Positions 1 through 12,131 of a stretch of DNA of 64,000 bases are shown in pieces (position 1 is the stretch's first letter; every line of letters starts with the position of its first letter). The notes under the pieces were generated by a model. That model was given only the letters and a program-made list of their open reading frames with translations, was not told the DNA's origin and ran no database searches. The DNA comes from Eledone cirrhosa (Eukaryota). A program made the translations under genes and the position numbers. The stretch covers positions 115,134,001 through 115,198,000 of the forward strand of contig OZ024744.1 of NCBI GenBank assembly GCA_964016885.1, given 5' to 3'.

Positions 1-3000
1 GTAACAGCTACACAGTGACAGTGACAGCTACACAGTGACAGTAACAGCTACACAGTGACAGTGACAGCTACACAGTGACAGTGACAGCTACACAGTGACA
101 GTAACAGCTACACAGTGACAGTGACAGTGACAGCTACACGGTGACAGTAACAGCTACACGGTGACAGTAACAGCTACACGGTGACAGTAACAGCTACACA
201 GTGACAGTGACAGCTACACAGTGACAGTGACAGCTACACAGTGACAGTGACAGTAACAGCTACACGGTGACAGTGACAGCTACACAGTGACAGTGACAGC
301 TACACAGTGACAGTGACAGCTACACAGTGACAGTAACAGCTACACAGTGACAGTGACAGCTACACAGTGACAGTAACAGCTACACAGTGACAGTGACAGC
401 TACACGGTGACAGTAACAGCTACACAGTGACAGTGACAGCTACACAGTGACAGTGACAGCTATACAGTGACAGTAACAGCTACACAGTGACAGTGACAGC
501 TACACAGTGACAGTGACAGCTATACAGTGACAGTGACAGCTACACAGTGACAGTGACAGCTATACAGTGACAGTGACAGCTACACAGTGACAGTGACAGC
601 TACACAGTGACAGTGACAGCTACACAGTGACAGTGACAGCTACACAGTGACAGTGACAGCTACACAGTGACAGTAACAGCTACACAGTGACAGTAACAGC
701 TACACAGTGACAGTGACAGCTAGACAGTGACAGTAACAGCTACACAGTGACAGTAACAGCTATACAGTGACAGTGACAGCTACACAGTGACAGTAACAGC
801 TACACGGTGACAGTAACAGCTACACGGTGACAGTAACAGCTACACGGTGACAGTAACAGCTACACGGTGACAGTGACAGCTACACAGTGACAGTGACAGC
901 TACACAGTGACAGTAACAGCTACACGGTGACAGTAACAGCTACACGGTGACAGTAACAGCTACACAGTGACAGTGACAGCTACACAGTGACAGTAACAGC
1001 TACACAGTGACAGTGACAGCTACACAGTGACAGTGACAGTGACAGCTACACAGTGACAGTAACAGCTACACAGTGACAGTAACAGCTACACAGTGACAGT
1101 AACAGCTACATGGTGACAGTAACAGCTACACAGTGACAGTAACAGCTACATGGTGACAGTAACAGCTACACAGTGACAGTAACAGCTACACGGTGACAGT
1201 AACAGCTACACAGTGACAGTAACAGCTACATGGTGACAGTAACAGCTACACAGTGACAGTAACAGCTACACGGTGACAGTAACAGCTACACAGTGACAGC
1301 TACACAGTGACAGTGACAGCTACACAGTGACAGTAACAGCTACACAGTGACAGTGACAGCTACACAGTGACAGTAACAGCTACACAGTGACAGTAACAGC
1401 TACACGGTGACAGTAACAGCTACACAGTGACAGTAACAGCTACACAGTGACAGTGACAGCTACACGGTGACAGTAACAGCTACACGGTGACAGTAACAGC
1501 TACACGGTGACAGTAACAGCTACACAGTGACAGTTACACAGTGACAGTGACAGCTACACAGTGACAGTGACAGCTACACAGTGACAGTGACAGCTACACA
1601 GTGACAGTAACAGCTACACAGTGACAGTGACAGCTACACAGTGACAGTAACAGCTATACAGTGACAGTAACAGCTACACAGTGACAGTGACAGCTACACG
1701 GTGACAGTAACAGCTACACGGTGACAGTAACAGCTACACGGTGACAGTAACAGCTACACAGTGACAGTGACAGCTACACAGTGACAGTGACAGCTACACA
1801 GTGACAGTGACAGTAACAGCTACACGGTGACAGTGACAGCTACACAGTGACAGTGACAGCTACACAGTGACAGTGACAGCTACACAGTGACAGTAACAGC
1901 TACACAGTGACAGTGACAGCTACACAGTGACAGTAACAGCTACACAGTGACAGTGACAGCTACACGGTGACAGTAACAGCTACACAGTGACAGTGACAGC
2001 TACACAGTGACAGTGACAGCTACACAGTGACAGTGACAGCTACACAGTGACAGTGACAGCTACACAGTGACAGTAACAGCTACACAGTGACAGTGACAGC
2101 TATACAGTGACAGTGACAGCTACACAGTGACAGTGACAGCTATACAGTGACAGTGACAGCTACACAGTGACAGTGACAGCTATACAGTGACAGTGACAGC
2201 TACACAGTGACAGTGACAGCTACACAGTGACAGTGACAGCTACACAGTGACAGTGACAGCTACACAGTGACAGCTACACAGTGAGAGTGACAGCTATACA
2301 GTGACAGTGACAGCTACACAGTGACAGTGACAGCTATACGGTGACAGTGACAACTACACAGTGACAGTGACAGCTACACAGTGACAGTGACAGCTACACA
2401 GTGACAGTGACAGCTACACAGTGACATTGACAGCTACACAGTGAGAGTGACAGCTACACAGTGAGAGTGACAGCTACACAGTGACAGTGACAGCTACACA
2501 GTGACAGTGACAGCTACACAGTGACAGTGACAGCTACACAGTGACAGTGACAGCTATACAGTGACAGTGACAACTACACAGTGACAGTGACAGCTACACA
2601 GTGACAGTGACAGCTACACAGTGACAGTAACAGCTACACAGTGACAGTGACAGCTACACAGTGACAGTGACAGCTACACAGTGACAGTGACAGCTACACA
2701 GTGACAGTGACAGCTACACAGTGACAGTGACAGCTACACAGTGACAGTGACAGCTACACAGTGACAGTGACAGCTACACAGTGACAGTGACAGCTACACA
2801 GTGACAGTGACAGCTACACAGTGACAGTGACAGCTACACAGTGAGAGTGACAGCTACACAGTGACAGTGACAGCTATACAGTGACAGTGACAGCTACACA
2901 GTGACAGTGACAGCTATACAGTGACAGTGACAGCTACACAGTGACAGTGACAGCTATACAGTGACAGTGACAGCTATACAGTGACAGTGACAGCTACACA

Positions 3001-4432
3001 GTGAGAGTGACAGCTACACAGTGACAGTGACAGCTATACAGTGACAGTGACAGCTACACAGTGACAGTGACAGCTATACAGTGACAGTGACAGCTACACA
3101 GTGACAGTGACAGCTACACAGTGACAGTGACAACTACACAGTGACAGTGACAGCTACACAGTGACAGTGACAGCTACACAGTGACAGTGACAGCTACACA
3201 GTGACAGAGACAGCTACACAGTGACAGTGACAGCTACACAGTGACAGCTATACAGTGACAGTGACAGCTACACAGTGACAGTGACAGCTAGACAGTGACA
3301 GTAACAGCTACACAGTGACAGTGACAGCTACACAGTGACAGTGACAGCTATACAGTGACAGTGACAGCTACACAGTGACAGTGACAGCTACACAGTGACA
3401 GTGACAGCTACACAGTGACAGTGACAGCTACACAGTGACAGTGACAGCTACACAGTGACAGTGACAGCTACACAGTGACAGTGACAGCTACACAGTGACA
3501 GCTATACAGTGACAGTAACAGCTACACAGTGACAGTGACAGCTATACAGTGACAGTGACAGCTACACAGTGACAGTGACAGCTACACAGTGACAGTAACA
3601 GCTACACAGTGACAGTGACAGCTACACAGTGACAGTAACAGCTACACGGTGACAGTAACAGCTACACAGTGACAGTGACAGCTATACAGTGACAGTGACA
3701 GCTACACAGTGACAGTGACAGCTATACAGTGACAGTGACAGCTACACAGTGACAGTGACAGCTACACAGTGACAGTGACAGCTACACAGTGACAGTGACA
3801 GCTACACAGTGACAGTGACAGCTACACAGTGACAGTAACAGCTACACAGTGACAGTAACAGCTACACAGTGACAGTGACAGCTAGACAGTGACAGTAACA
3901 GCTACACAGTGACAGTAACAGCTACACAGTGACAGTGACAGCTACACAGTGACAGCTATACAGTGACAGTGACAGCTACACAGTGACAGTAACAGCTACA
4001 CGGTGACAGTAACAGCTACACGGTGACAGTAACAGCTACACGGTGACAGTGACAGCTACACAGTGACAGTGACAGCTACACAGTGACAGTAACAGCTACA
4101 CGGTGACAGTAACAGCTACACGGTGACAGTAACAGCTACACAGTGACAGTGACAGCTACACAGTGACAGTAACAGCTACACAGTGACAGTGACAGCTACA
4201 CAGTGACAGTGACAGTGACAGCTACACAGTGACAGTAACAGCTACACAGTGACAGTAACAGCTACACAGTGACAGTAACAGCTACATGGTGACAGTAACA
4301 GCTACACAGTGACAGTAACAGCTACACAGTGACAGTGACAGCTACACAGTGACAGTGACAGCTACACAGTGACAGTAACAGCTACACAGTGACAGTAACA
4401 GCTACACAGTGACAGTGACAGCTACCCAGTGA
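1..4432. repeat. 20-bp minisatellite (GTGACAGTGACAGCTACACA)n, >=220 copies, runs off the left edge
   Basis: 20-bp period read directly, with G/A and C/T variants and occasional gain or loss of the 6-bp GTGACA subunit. Confidence 0.98.
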
Positions 4433-4978
4433 CCTGTATTATATGCCCAATCATGTGATTGTGACCAACAATTAAAATGGCAAATACACTAAGAACCTTT
4501 CAACTGATGTACTTAATCACATGAAAGTCATCAACCAACCAAATTACACTTTTAAAAAACAACAATTTGAGCCACAATTTTTAAGACAAATACAATAAGA
4601 ACTTTCGAACATGAACTGGTACAAAATTTATTGATTTATTCATGTGACAGTCATCAACCAATCAAATTACTTTAAATAAAAAAAGACAGCAATTCCAGCC
4701 AATCTTTTTGCATAAAACAGAAAGAACTTTTGAACACAAACCAGATGCAAGTCAGACCACAACAGAAACACAACCCTCCATCTCAATTTTACTTTTGAAA
4801 ATCATAAGAACTGTGAAACTGGTAAAGTAAATAAATAAATATTGGCAGTTCATTAAATGAAAATATGGCATCCTGTCTTTATGATCTTTCACACATATAT
4901 ATTAGTAATAATGAATACAAAGACCCAAAATCCAGAGAGGCCTCAATAATGGTTGTGTATATAGATATATATATATCC

Positions 4979-6550
4979 TCATCATCATCATCATTTTACG
5001 TCCGCTTTTCCCTGCCTATATATCTAGGGCGGGTAAAATTCCCGAGATCCATGGACGAGTCATCTCCAGCGGTCTCTGTCCCTCATTATCGCTGCCATGT
5101 CCTGCGTCTCCAAAGGACCTGTGTCTGTCCTTAGGGCATCAACATATGTCAACCTTCGTCTCGCTCTTATAGTATGTCCGTGTATGGGCTCACACAGGAC
5201 CACTGAGTGTAGTGCCAACTCTGGATGTCGGTGAGCATGTCCAGCTAACCTCAGTCTCCTCTGTATTACTTTCGAGCTGACTTTTGGGAGGCTCCCATAC
5301 AGCTCTGAGTTCTTCATCCTCAGTGTATACTGATTAATGTTCAGAGCCATCCTCAGCATTCTCGTGTAGCACCCATCCACTATCTGAGTGAGTTTCTTGG
5401 TCAGTGTCCAAGTCTCTGACCCGTACAGAAGCACAGACTCCACTACAGCAATGAAGAGGTGGATTTTCAGGTCTTTACGAAGGTCCGACACCGATCTCAA
5501 GCTGTGGCACGCCGCCCAGGCTTTGCTCTTCTTCTCAACCACATCATCTTCCGTATTCCCAATCTTTGCTCCCAAATACAGGAAGTCCTCAACCAATTCT
5601 AGCAGCCTCCCGCTTACATTAGTAATCTTCTCTGGCTTCTTAATATTCTCTACCACATACTTTGTCTTACTCTCATTCATTCTCAGCCCCTCACTCATCG
5701 ACACAGTCTCCACCTCCTACTTCAACTCCTCTGCCTCCTTCACTGTGTTTGTCACCAAAACTATGTCGTCAGCAAATTAAGCATCTGATATCTATTTAGC
5801 CTTAACTCTCCTGCTCTGAGCCAGTGTTACAGTAAAGCCAGAGTCAATAGTCCACTACGATGATAAAAAGGTAGGGAGCCAATGTATCTCCCTGGAGCAC
5901 TCCAGCCAGTATCTCAAAGAACTCTGTCATCCCATCAGGTATAATGACTTGGGCTCTGGTGTTGGTGTAGAGCAGTGATATCAGGTCCACTATCTTATTG
6001 GAGATTCCATAAGCCTGTAAGATCTTCATCAGGCAGTAACGGTCCACAGAATCAAAGGCCTTCCTAAAATCAATGAAAACCATGACTGCAGGAAGGCACT
6101 TTGCTCTAGCTCCCTCTAATATCCTCCTCAGCATCAGGATGTGACTGGTGGTTGATCTACCCTCTCTGAAGCCGTTCTGGTTGTCCCTGAGCTTCTTCTC
6201 CATCTCGGGCTGGATCCTGTTAAGAATCCTCCTGTTGAGGGTCTTTGCCACAAGTGACGTCAGTGAGATCCCCCTGTAGTTGTTGGTATTAGAGAGATCT
6301 CCCTTCTTTGGCACTGGGACGATGTTACTGATCCTCCACTGATTCGGGGTCAACCCCTTTCTCCAGTGCCTGGTTACAGAACTCCAGGATGATATCACCA
6401 AAATCACACCTCTTCATCACCTCTGATGCCACTCCATCTTCTCCATGAGCCTTGCCCTCCTTTATCCTCTTCTTGGCTTTCTGAAGCTCCTCTCTGGTGA
6501 AGGGTCCTGTCTCAATATCAGTTCCTCAAACAGCTGCCTGTTCTCCCCAG
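4979..6550 (-). mobile_element. 5'-truncated, decayed RTE-group LINE (reverse transcriptase to 3' tail)
   Basis: ORFs 5844-6407 (PKKGD..NYRGISL, QNGFREGRST, FIDFRKAFDSV, GVLQGDTLAPYLF) and 5060-5713 (YLGA, LLYGSETW, RRLRLAGH). The FADD catalytic motif near 5765-5777 is preceded by an in-frame stop. (GAT)n tail near 4980-4995. Confidence 0.93.
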
Positions 6551-6568
6551 TGTGTATATATATATACC

Positions 6569-6663
6569 TTAAAGCAAACAATTTTTGCTTTCTCCCTAAA
6601 GTGGGATCCTCTGAAACTCAGAAGATCCCACTTTAGGGTGAAAGTAGAAATTGTTTGCTTTAA
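6569..6663. ncRNA. ~95-bp palindrome made of two inverted hammerhead-like motifs (CAGANGA core)
   Basis: Minus arm: agttt CAGAGGA tccc-acttta-ggga GAA AGCAAA-aattg-TTTGCT T. Plus arm: CAGAAGA tccc-acttta-gggt GAA AGTAGA-aattg-TTTGCT T taact. Flanked by TA runs. Confidence 0.55.
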
Positions 6664-6711
6664 CTTTTAATCTGTGCTAATATTAAATTTATAAATAAAT
6701 ATATATATATA

Positions 6712-6913
6712 TGGAAAGTGATATATGTAAGAAGGTTAAACAATGCAAACTGGACAGTAAGATGAAGGCAAAGAAATAGTTACCTGTTTATCTTTGTTTA
6801 CCCCCCCCCCCTCCCACACACACACATAGATAAACAGGTAACTAACCTTTTCATTGCCTTCATCTTACCATCCAGTTTGCATTGTTTAACCTTATTACAT
6901 ATATCACTTTCCA
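6712..6913. repeat. ~82-bp imperfect inverted repeat around a C10/(CA)n spacer (foldback or MITE-like)
   Basis: tggaaagtgatatatgtaag...gttacctgtttatct (6712-6793) is the reverse complement of agataaacaggtaact...ttacatatatcactttcca (6828-6913). Confidence 0.88.
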
Positions 6914-7171
6914 CATTTTATTATATACTAGCAGAATGGCCCGGCGTTGTTCAGGTTTCTGAAAATAGATTGGCATGTTTATCCCTCCTTTCTGAAACAG
7001 TACAGAGAAGTACGGAATACCTTGGCCTGGAGATGGTGCTTATAAAAGAAATTTGTCGTAGATTACCAGGGGTTTAACTTAATTGGGTGTCTGAGAGTAA
7101 AATGTTCAACCCACGAAAGCCAAGAAGATAGGGTTAAGTAAAAAGGCATTCGACAAACCAAACATGTATTT

Positions 7172-7676
7172 GTTGTGCTATGGTACAATGAAAGCAATAG
7201 TTACAGAGCAGTAAGTATGTGGGACTGCAGTGGTGGAGAGTGGTGTGGTCTTACTGTTGTGCTATGGTACAATGAAAGCAATAGTTACAGAGCAGTAAGT
7301 ATGTGGGACTGCAGAGGTGGAGAGTGGTGTGGTCTTACTGTTATGCTATGGTACAATGAAAGCAATAGTTACAGAGCAGTAAGTATGTGGGACTGCAGTG
7401 GTGGAGAGTGGTGTGGTCTTACTGTTGTGCTATGGTACAATGAAAGCAATAGTTACAGAGCAGTAAGTATGTGGGACTGCAGTGGTGGAGAGTGGTGTGG
7501 TCTTACTGTTGTGCTATGGTACAATGAAAGCAATAGTTACAGAGCAGTAAGTATGTGGGACTGCAGTGGTGGAGAGTGGTGTGGTCTTACTGTTGTGCTA
7601 TGGTACAATGAAAGCAATAGTTACAGAGCAGTAAGTATGTGGGACTGCAGAGGTGGAGAGTGGTGTGGTCTTACTC
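7172..7676. repeat. 84-bp minisatellite, 6 near-identical copies, inside the Helitron
   Basis: Unit gttgtgctatggtacaatgaaagc...gtggtcttact; 28-aa periodicity in ORF 7175-7723. Confidence 0.97.
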
Positions 7677-7919
7677 CTTTCAATGTTTCATTGTATGTTC
7701 ACCAATTGATGCAGAAGTCCTAATGAAAAGTGAAGTCGCCTTCGGTGAATAGGCAAATCATTTTCCATTACGATTTTTCAAAAGCATGTAATTGCGTTCC
7801 CCCTCTTTTTTGTTGTTTTTGCTGCTGTTTATATTTTGTTATTGTGTATGCAAAAATATCTGTACACAAATATATAATTATATATATATATATATATATA
7901 TATTAAAACAACAGATTAA

Positions 7920-7970
7920 AGTTTAAGTGAAGAATCGCTGCTTTCACCCTTAACGGGGTCTTCTGAAACT
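7920..7970 (-). ncRNA. Type I hammerhead-like motif with CAGAAGA core
   Basis: Minus strand: agttt CAGAAGA cccc-gttaa-gggt GAA AG...CT T aaact. Stem I agttt/aaact is perfect. Lies between (TA)n runs at ~7880 and ~8030. Confidence 0.5.
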
Positions 7971-8021
7971 AAAAAAAATTAATCTGTGAACGCAGAAGTA
8001 AATATTTCGAAAAACGTTACA

Positions 8022-8064
<43 letters not shown>

Positions 8065-8513
8065 GATAGCGTCATAATGTCGTAATCCAGACAGATATTA
8101 TAAGGGCGCGACGTTACCAGGGCCTAATGAGGTCCCTAGAGCATTGAAAATTTGAAATTTTTTTTGCTCACATGACTAGAAATATTACATGTGTAAAGTT
8201 TGAAAAAAATCGGTTGGGTGGTTCTCAAGTTTTAGGGAGTCAGACAGACAGACAGACAGACAAACATTCTCTGTTTTAGATATATAGATTATATATATAT
8301 ATATATATACAGAGAGAGAGAGGGTAACAATATATCGTTAAAGGTAATCCGATAAGAGTTTGTGAAAACTACTTATGATGGATAGTTTAAGCGTACGGTG
8401 CTGTGTGACTCAACAAGAGGTTTACGTGGGTGACGAGTAAATGACTTCATTTGTCAGACTGCAAATAAATCTCCTTGTTTATAATGTTGACCATGTTATT
8501 CTTCACTTTTTAT

Positions 8514-8672
8514 ATCATCATCATCATCATGATCATCATTTTACGTCCACTTTTTCCTGCTTGCAAGGGTGGGACAGGAACTGTTTCTGGCTGGATTTCT
8601 ACAGCTGGATGCCCTTCCTAACACCAACCTCATTTACAGTGAGTGCTGGGTGCTTTTTTTTCTGTGGCACCT
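8514..8672 (-). mobile_element. RTE-type 3' tail fragment
   Basis: (CAT)n then ...tacagctggatgcccttcctaacaccaacctcatttacagtgagtgctgggtgc, the reverse complement of the RTE 3' UTR at ~54779-54835 in this window. Confidence 0.8.
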
Positions 8673-8699
8673 CCACGACCACTTTGCATCATCTCATTT

Positions 8700-8992
<293 letters not shown>

Positions 8993-9250
8993 GGGACCCC
9001 TTTTGGTCATGATTTGCAAACAGAGACAATGAACATTAAATTATGATGATGATAACCATGGATTTCCATCTGGGAAATTCCTCTCCAATGCATAAACCTC
9101 TCCGAGTTGTTTTGTGGGAGTCCATCATTTACCCATACCAGACTCATCTCTCCATGCACCATAAATACAATACAACGTTACACTTTTCTTTCATTTTAAA
9201 CTATAAAGTAAATGATATCCAGAACTTGTTTGAGATTAAATATATCTTAC

Positions 9251-9342
9251 CAATAAAGAACTGCCACTGAGAAATGCTGCCAAATTATTCCAGGCCAAGT
9301 CAATATCTTTTAGTAGTGTCTCTAGACGTTCATTTGTTAACA
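9251..9342 (-). CDS. SYNRG: Synergin gamma internal exon (92 bp, phase 1 to 0)
   Basis: ttctag|...|gtaaga; encodes (V)LTNERLETLLKDIDLAWNNLAAFLSGSSLL, matching the remembered vertebrate SYNRG segment SEKLQQLLKDIDKVWNNLIGFMS. Not in the ORF track. Confidence 0.92.
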
Positions 9343-9582
9343 CTAGAATAAAAAAGAATGTATTGAAATGTAGCATTAAATATAAGAATGTTTACAGTAT
9401 CTTTACTAGTGTGCAAATAGTTGTGAAAATTTACAATATAAGTGTAAAGACTTCAGTTTTTTATGTGATACAGTCATAATGTTGTCTTATATATTTCATA
9501 TATTTCTTTAGTTGTTAGAAGTAAGAGTTATGTGGGAGCTCTCTGTAGTAACACTTATTTCTGAGTCCATCTATATACTGTG

Positions 9583-9800
9583 TGGGGTAGGTTCTCCTCC
9601 TTCATCTCATACTCTTTGTTAAGTACCCCAGTGTTATTGGGGGCAGGTCCTCCTCCTTCATCTCATACTCTTTGTTAAGTACCCCAGTGTTGTTGGGGGC
9701 AGGTCCTCCTCCTTCATCTCATACTCTCTGTTAAGTACCCCAGTGTTATTGGGGGCAGGTCCTCCTCCTTCATCTCATACTCTCTGTTAAGCAACCAAGT
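9583..9800. repeat. 56-bp minisatellite, ~4 copies
   Basis: Unit cctcctccttcatctcatactctttgttaagtaccccagtgttattgggggcaggt. Confidence 0.93.
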
Positions 9801-9999
9801 GTGTTAAGGGCTGACAAATGTATATTTAATGCAATCATACTTTTTAAAATTTTTTTTTCTTTCTGTTTCTTCTCTGCTGTAGTAAAAGTCTGTCGGTGAT
9901 CTTCATCCAACATTTCATCTTCATCATCTCTAATGGATGGAGTGGCATTTTGAGGGGGAATTTTGACTTTGTGATTGAGCTTCTATAGTAAAACAGTAT

Positions 10000-10190
10000 T
10001 AGGATCTTTCGGCCATCCTCTACTGTAGCTTCCTTCCACTGGGATTTCTTGGCACTTCTTCACCAAACAATCATCATCACATGTCCATACCAGAGAGGTC
10101 TTCTCTTCTGCACACTACAACTGATTCTTCTTATGAACAGTTTGTGTCACAGATTCCCGTTTCACTGTTCATGACACAAATATACTAGCT
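10000..10190 (-). mobile_element. Decayed RTE RT C-terminal fragment
   Basis: Minus strand reads ...ISCSVQKRRPLWYGHV..., the RRLxWxGHV motif of RTE reverse transcriptases. Collinear with the adjacent 96-bp array. Confidence 0.65.
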
Positions 10191-11308
10191 TCATTTCTTT
10201 CCAGTCTTTATATAACCTCTACATTAACTACCCATGTCTTACTACCATGTAACATTACATCAGATGTCCATTGAAACATGCTAGCTTCATTTCTCTCCAG
10301 TCTCTATATAACCTCTACAGTAACAACCCATGTCTCATTACTATGTAACATTACATCAGATATCCATTGAAACATGTTAGCTTCATTTCTCTCCAGTCTC
10401 TATATAACCTCTACAGTAACAACCCATATCTCACTACCATGTAACACTACATCAAATGTCCATTGAAACATGTTAGCTTCATTTCTCTCCAGTCCATATA
10501 ACCTCTACATTAACTACCCATGTCTCACTACCATGTAATATTAGATCAGATGTCCATTGAAACATGCTAGCTTCATGTCTCTCTAGTCTCTATATAACCT
10601 CTACATTAACTACCCATGTCACACTACGATGTAACATTACATCAGATGTCCATTGAAACATGCTAGCTTCATGTCTCTCCAGTCTCTGTATAACCTCTAC
10701 ATTAACTACCTCTGCCTCACTACCATGTAACACTACATCGGATGACCATGTAACATGCTAGCTTCATTTCTCTCCAGTCTCTATATAACCTCTACATTAA
10801 CTACCCATGTCTCACCACCATGTAACATTACATCAGATGTCCATTGAAACATGCTAGCTTCATGTCTCTCCAGTCTCTATATAACCTCTACATTAACTAC
10901 CATGTCTCACTACCATGTAACACTACATCGGATGACCATGTAACATGCTAGCTTCATTTCTCTCCAGTCTCTATATAACCTCTACATTAACTACCCATAT
11001 TTCACTACCATGTAACATTACATCAGATGTCCATTGTAACATGCTAGCTTCATGTCTCTCCAGTCTCTATATAACCTTTACATTAACTACCATGTCTCAC
11101 TACCATGTAACACTACATCGGATGACCATGTAACATGTTAGCTTCATGTCTCTCCAGTCTCTATATAACCTCTACATTAACTACCATGTCTCACTGCCAT
11201 GTAACACTACATCGGATGACCATGTAACATGCTAGCTTCATTTCTCTCCAGTCTCTATATAACCTCTACATTAACTACCCATGTCTCACTACCATGTAAT
11301 GTTACATA
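10184..11308 (-). repeat. 95-96-bp minisatellite (~12 copies) derived from RTE RT coding sequence
   Basis: Unit translates on the minus strand as MLHGSETWVVNVEVI*RLERNEASM; compare AMLHSREIWALSVEDLCRLERNKACM in the RTE at 54356-54721. Confidence 0.9.
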
Positions 11309-11395
11309 TCACAGAAATGGAATCGATACACTTCTTGCTGGATAAATGTCTGATGATAAAGCTTTAGAATTTCTCACCTGAAAATCAATATTGTA

Positions 11396-11437
11396 AAACC
11401 TTATTTTCTCCATATGAATATGGAGAAAATAAGGTTT
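11396..11437. repeat. Perfect 19-bp-stem hairpin
   Basis: aaaccttattttctccata-tgaa-tatggagaaaataaggttt. Confidence 0.9.
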
Positions 11438-11511
11438 ATTTAAAAGAAGAAAGGGAAAGCTGTTGTATAAAGGTTATGAGGTAAATTGTTATGAGGTAAA
11501 TAATTGATGAT

Positions 11512-12045
11512 GCTCATCATTATCATCATCATCATCATCATCATCCTCACCACCATCATCATCATCACTACCATCATCACCACCACCAAGATCACCATCA
11601 CCACCATCATCATCATTATCACTATCACCATCACCAGCATCAAGCATCATCATCACCATCAATACGACCATCCTCACCATCATCACCATCACCACCAACA
11701 CCATCATCATCACCATCAATACGACCATCCTCACCATCACCACCAACACCATCATCATCACCATCAATACGACCATCCTCACCATCATCATCATCATCAC
11801 CATCACCATCACCATCAACACCATCATCATCACCATCAATACAACCATCACCACCATCATCATCCTCACCATCATCATTACCACCACCACCACCACCATC
11901 ACCATTACCATCATCATCACCAAATCAGCATCCACATTAACATCATTAGCCACATTATCATCATCACGATCAACATCATTATTTTCACCATCATCATCAA
12001 CACCATCACCATCACCATCACCAACACCAACAACAACAACAACAC
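11512..12045. repeat. (CAT/CAC)n degenerate trinucleotide tract
   Basis: Direct reading; source of the poly-His, poly-Met and poly-Asp ORFs. Confidence 0.96.
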
Positions 12046-12068
12046 TATATTTATTTAAATATCTTTAC

Positions 12069-12125
12069 CTGACATTCTCATTGTAACTGTTATTTTGCAA
12101 ACAACGCGATAAATTTCAATGATTG
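12069..12125 (-). CDS. SYNRG: Synergin gamma internal exon (57 bp, phase 1 to 1)
   Basis: ttttcag|...|gtaaag; encodes (A)IIEIYRVVCKITVTMRMS, matching SYNRG VVEVYRVTKRVELGIKAT. Phases fit both neighbouring exons. Confidence 0.88.
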
Positions 12126-12131
12126 CTGAAA

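Larger units (their letters stand above)
6928..8288 (-). mobile_element. Non-autonomous Helitron-like element
   Basis: On the minus strand it begins a|TCTATATA..., has (CTGT)n near the 5' end, and ends with an imperfect GC hairpin (cctgaacaacgccggg) followed by CTAG|t. These are the TC...CTAG termini in an A|T target typical of Helitrons. Confidence 0.75.

Noticed and set aside
7175-7723. Repeat-protein ORFs at 7175, 17330-18376, 51204-52021 and 59882-61146
   Set aside because: Each coincides exactly with a minisatellite and has no unique coding flank.
8340-8470. Acceptor-like atttgcag| as the next SYNRG exon
   Set aside because: The phase-0 frame stops after three codons and lacks the expected ACGVCLLNVD-like motif; the next exon is probably left of the window.
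11350-11372. CTGATGA-taaagcttta-GAAT hammerhead-like string
   Set aside because: GAAA is broken and no stems I or III can be drawn.
11440-12058. Poly-His, poly-Met and poly-Asp ORFs (also 19442-20261 and 55039-55886)
   Set aside because: Trinucleotide microsatellites with no splice-consistent or homology support.
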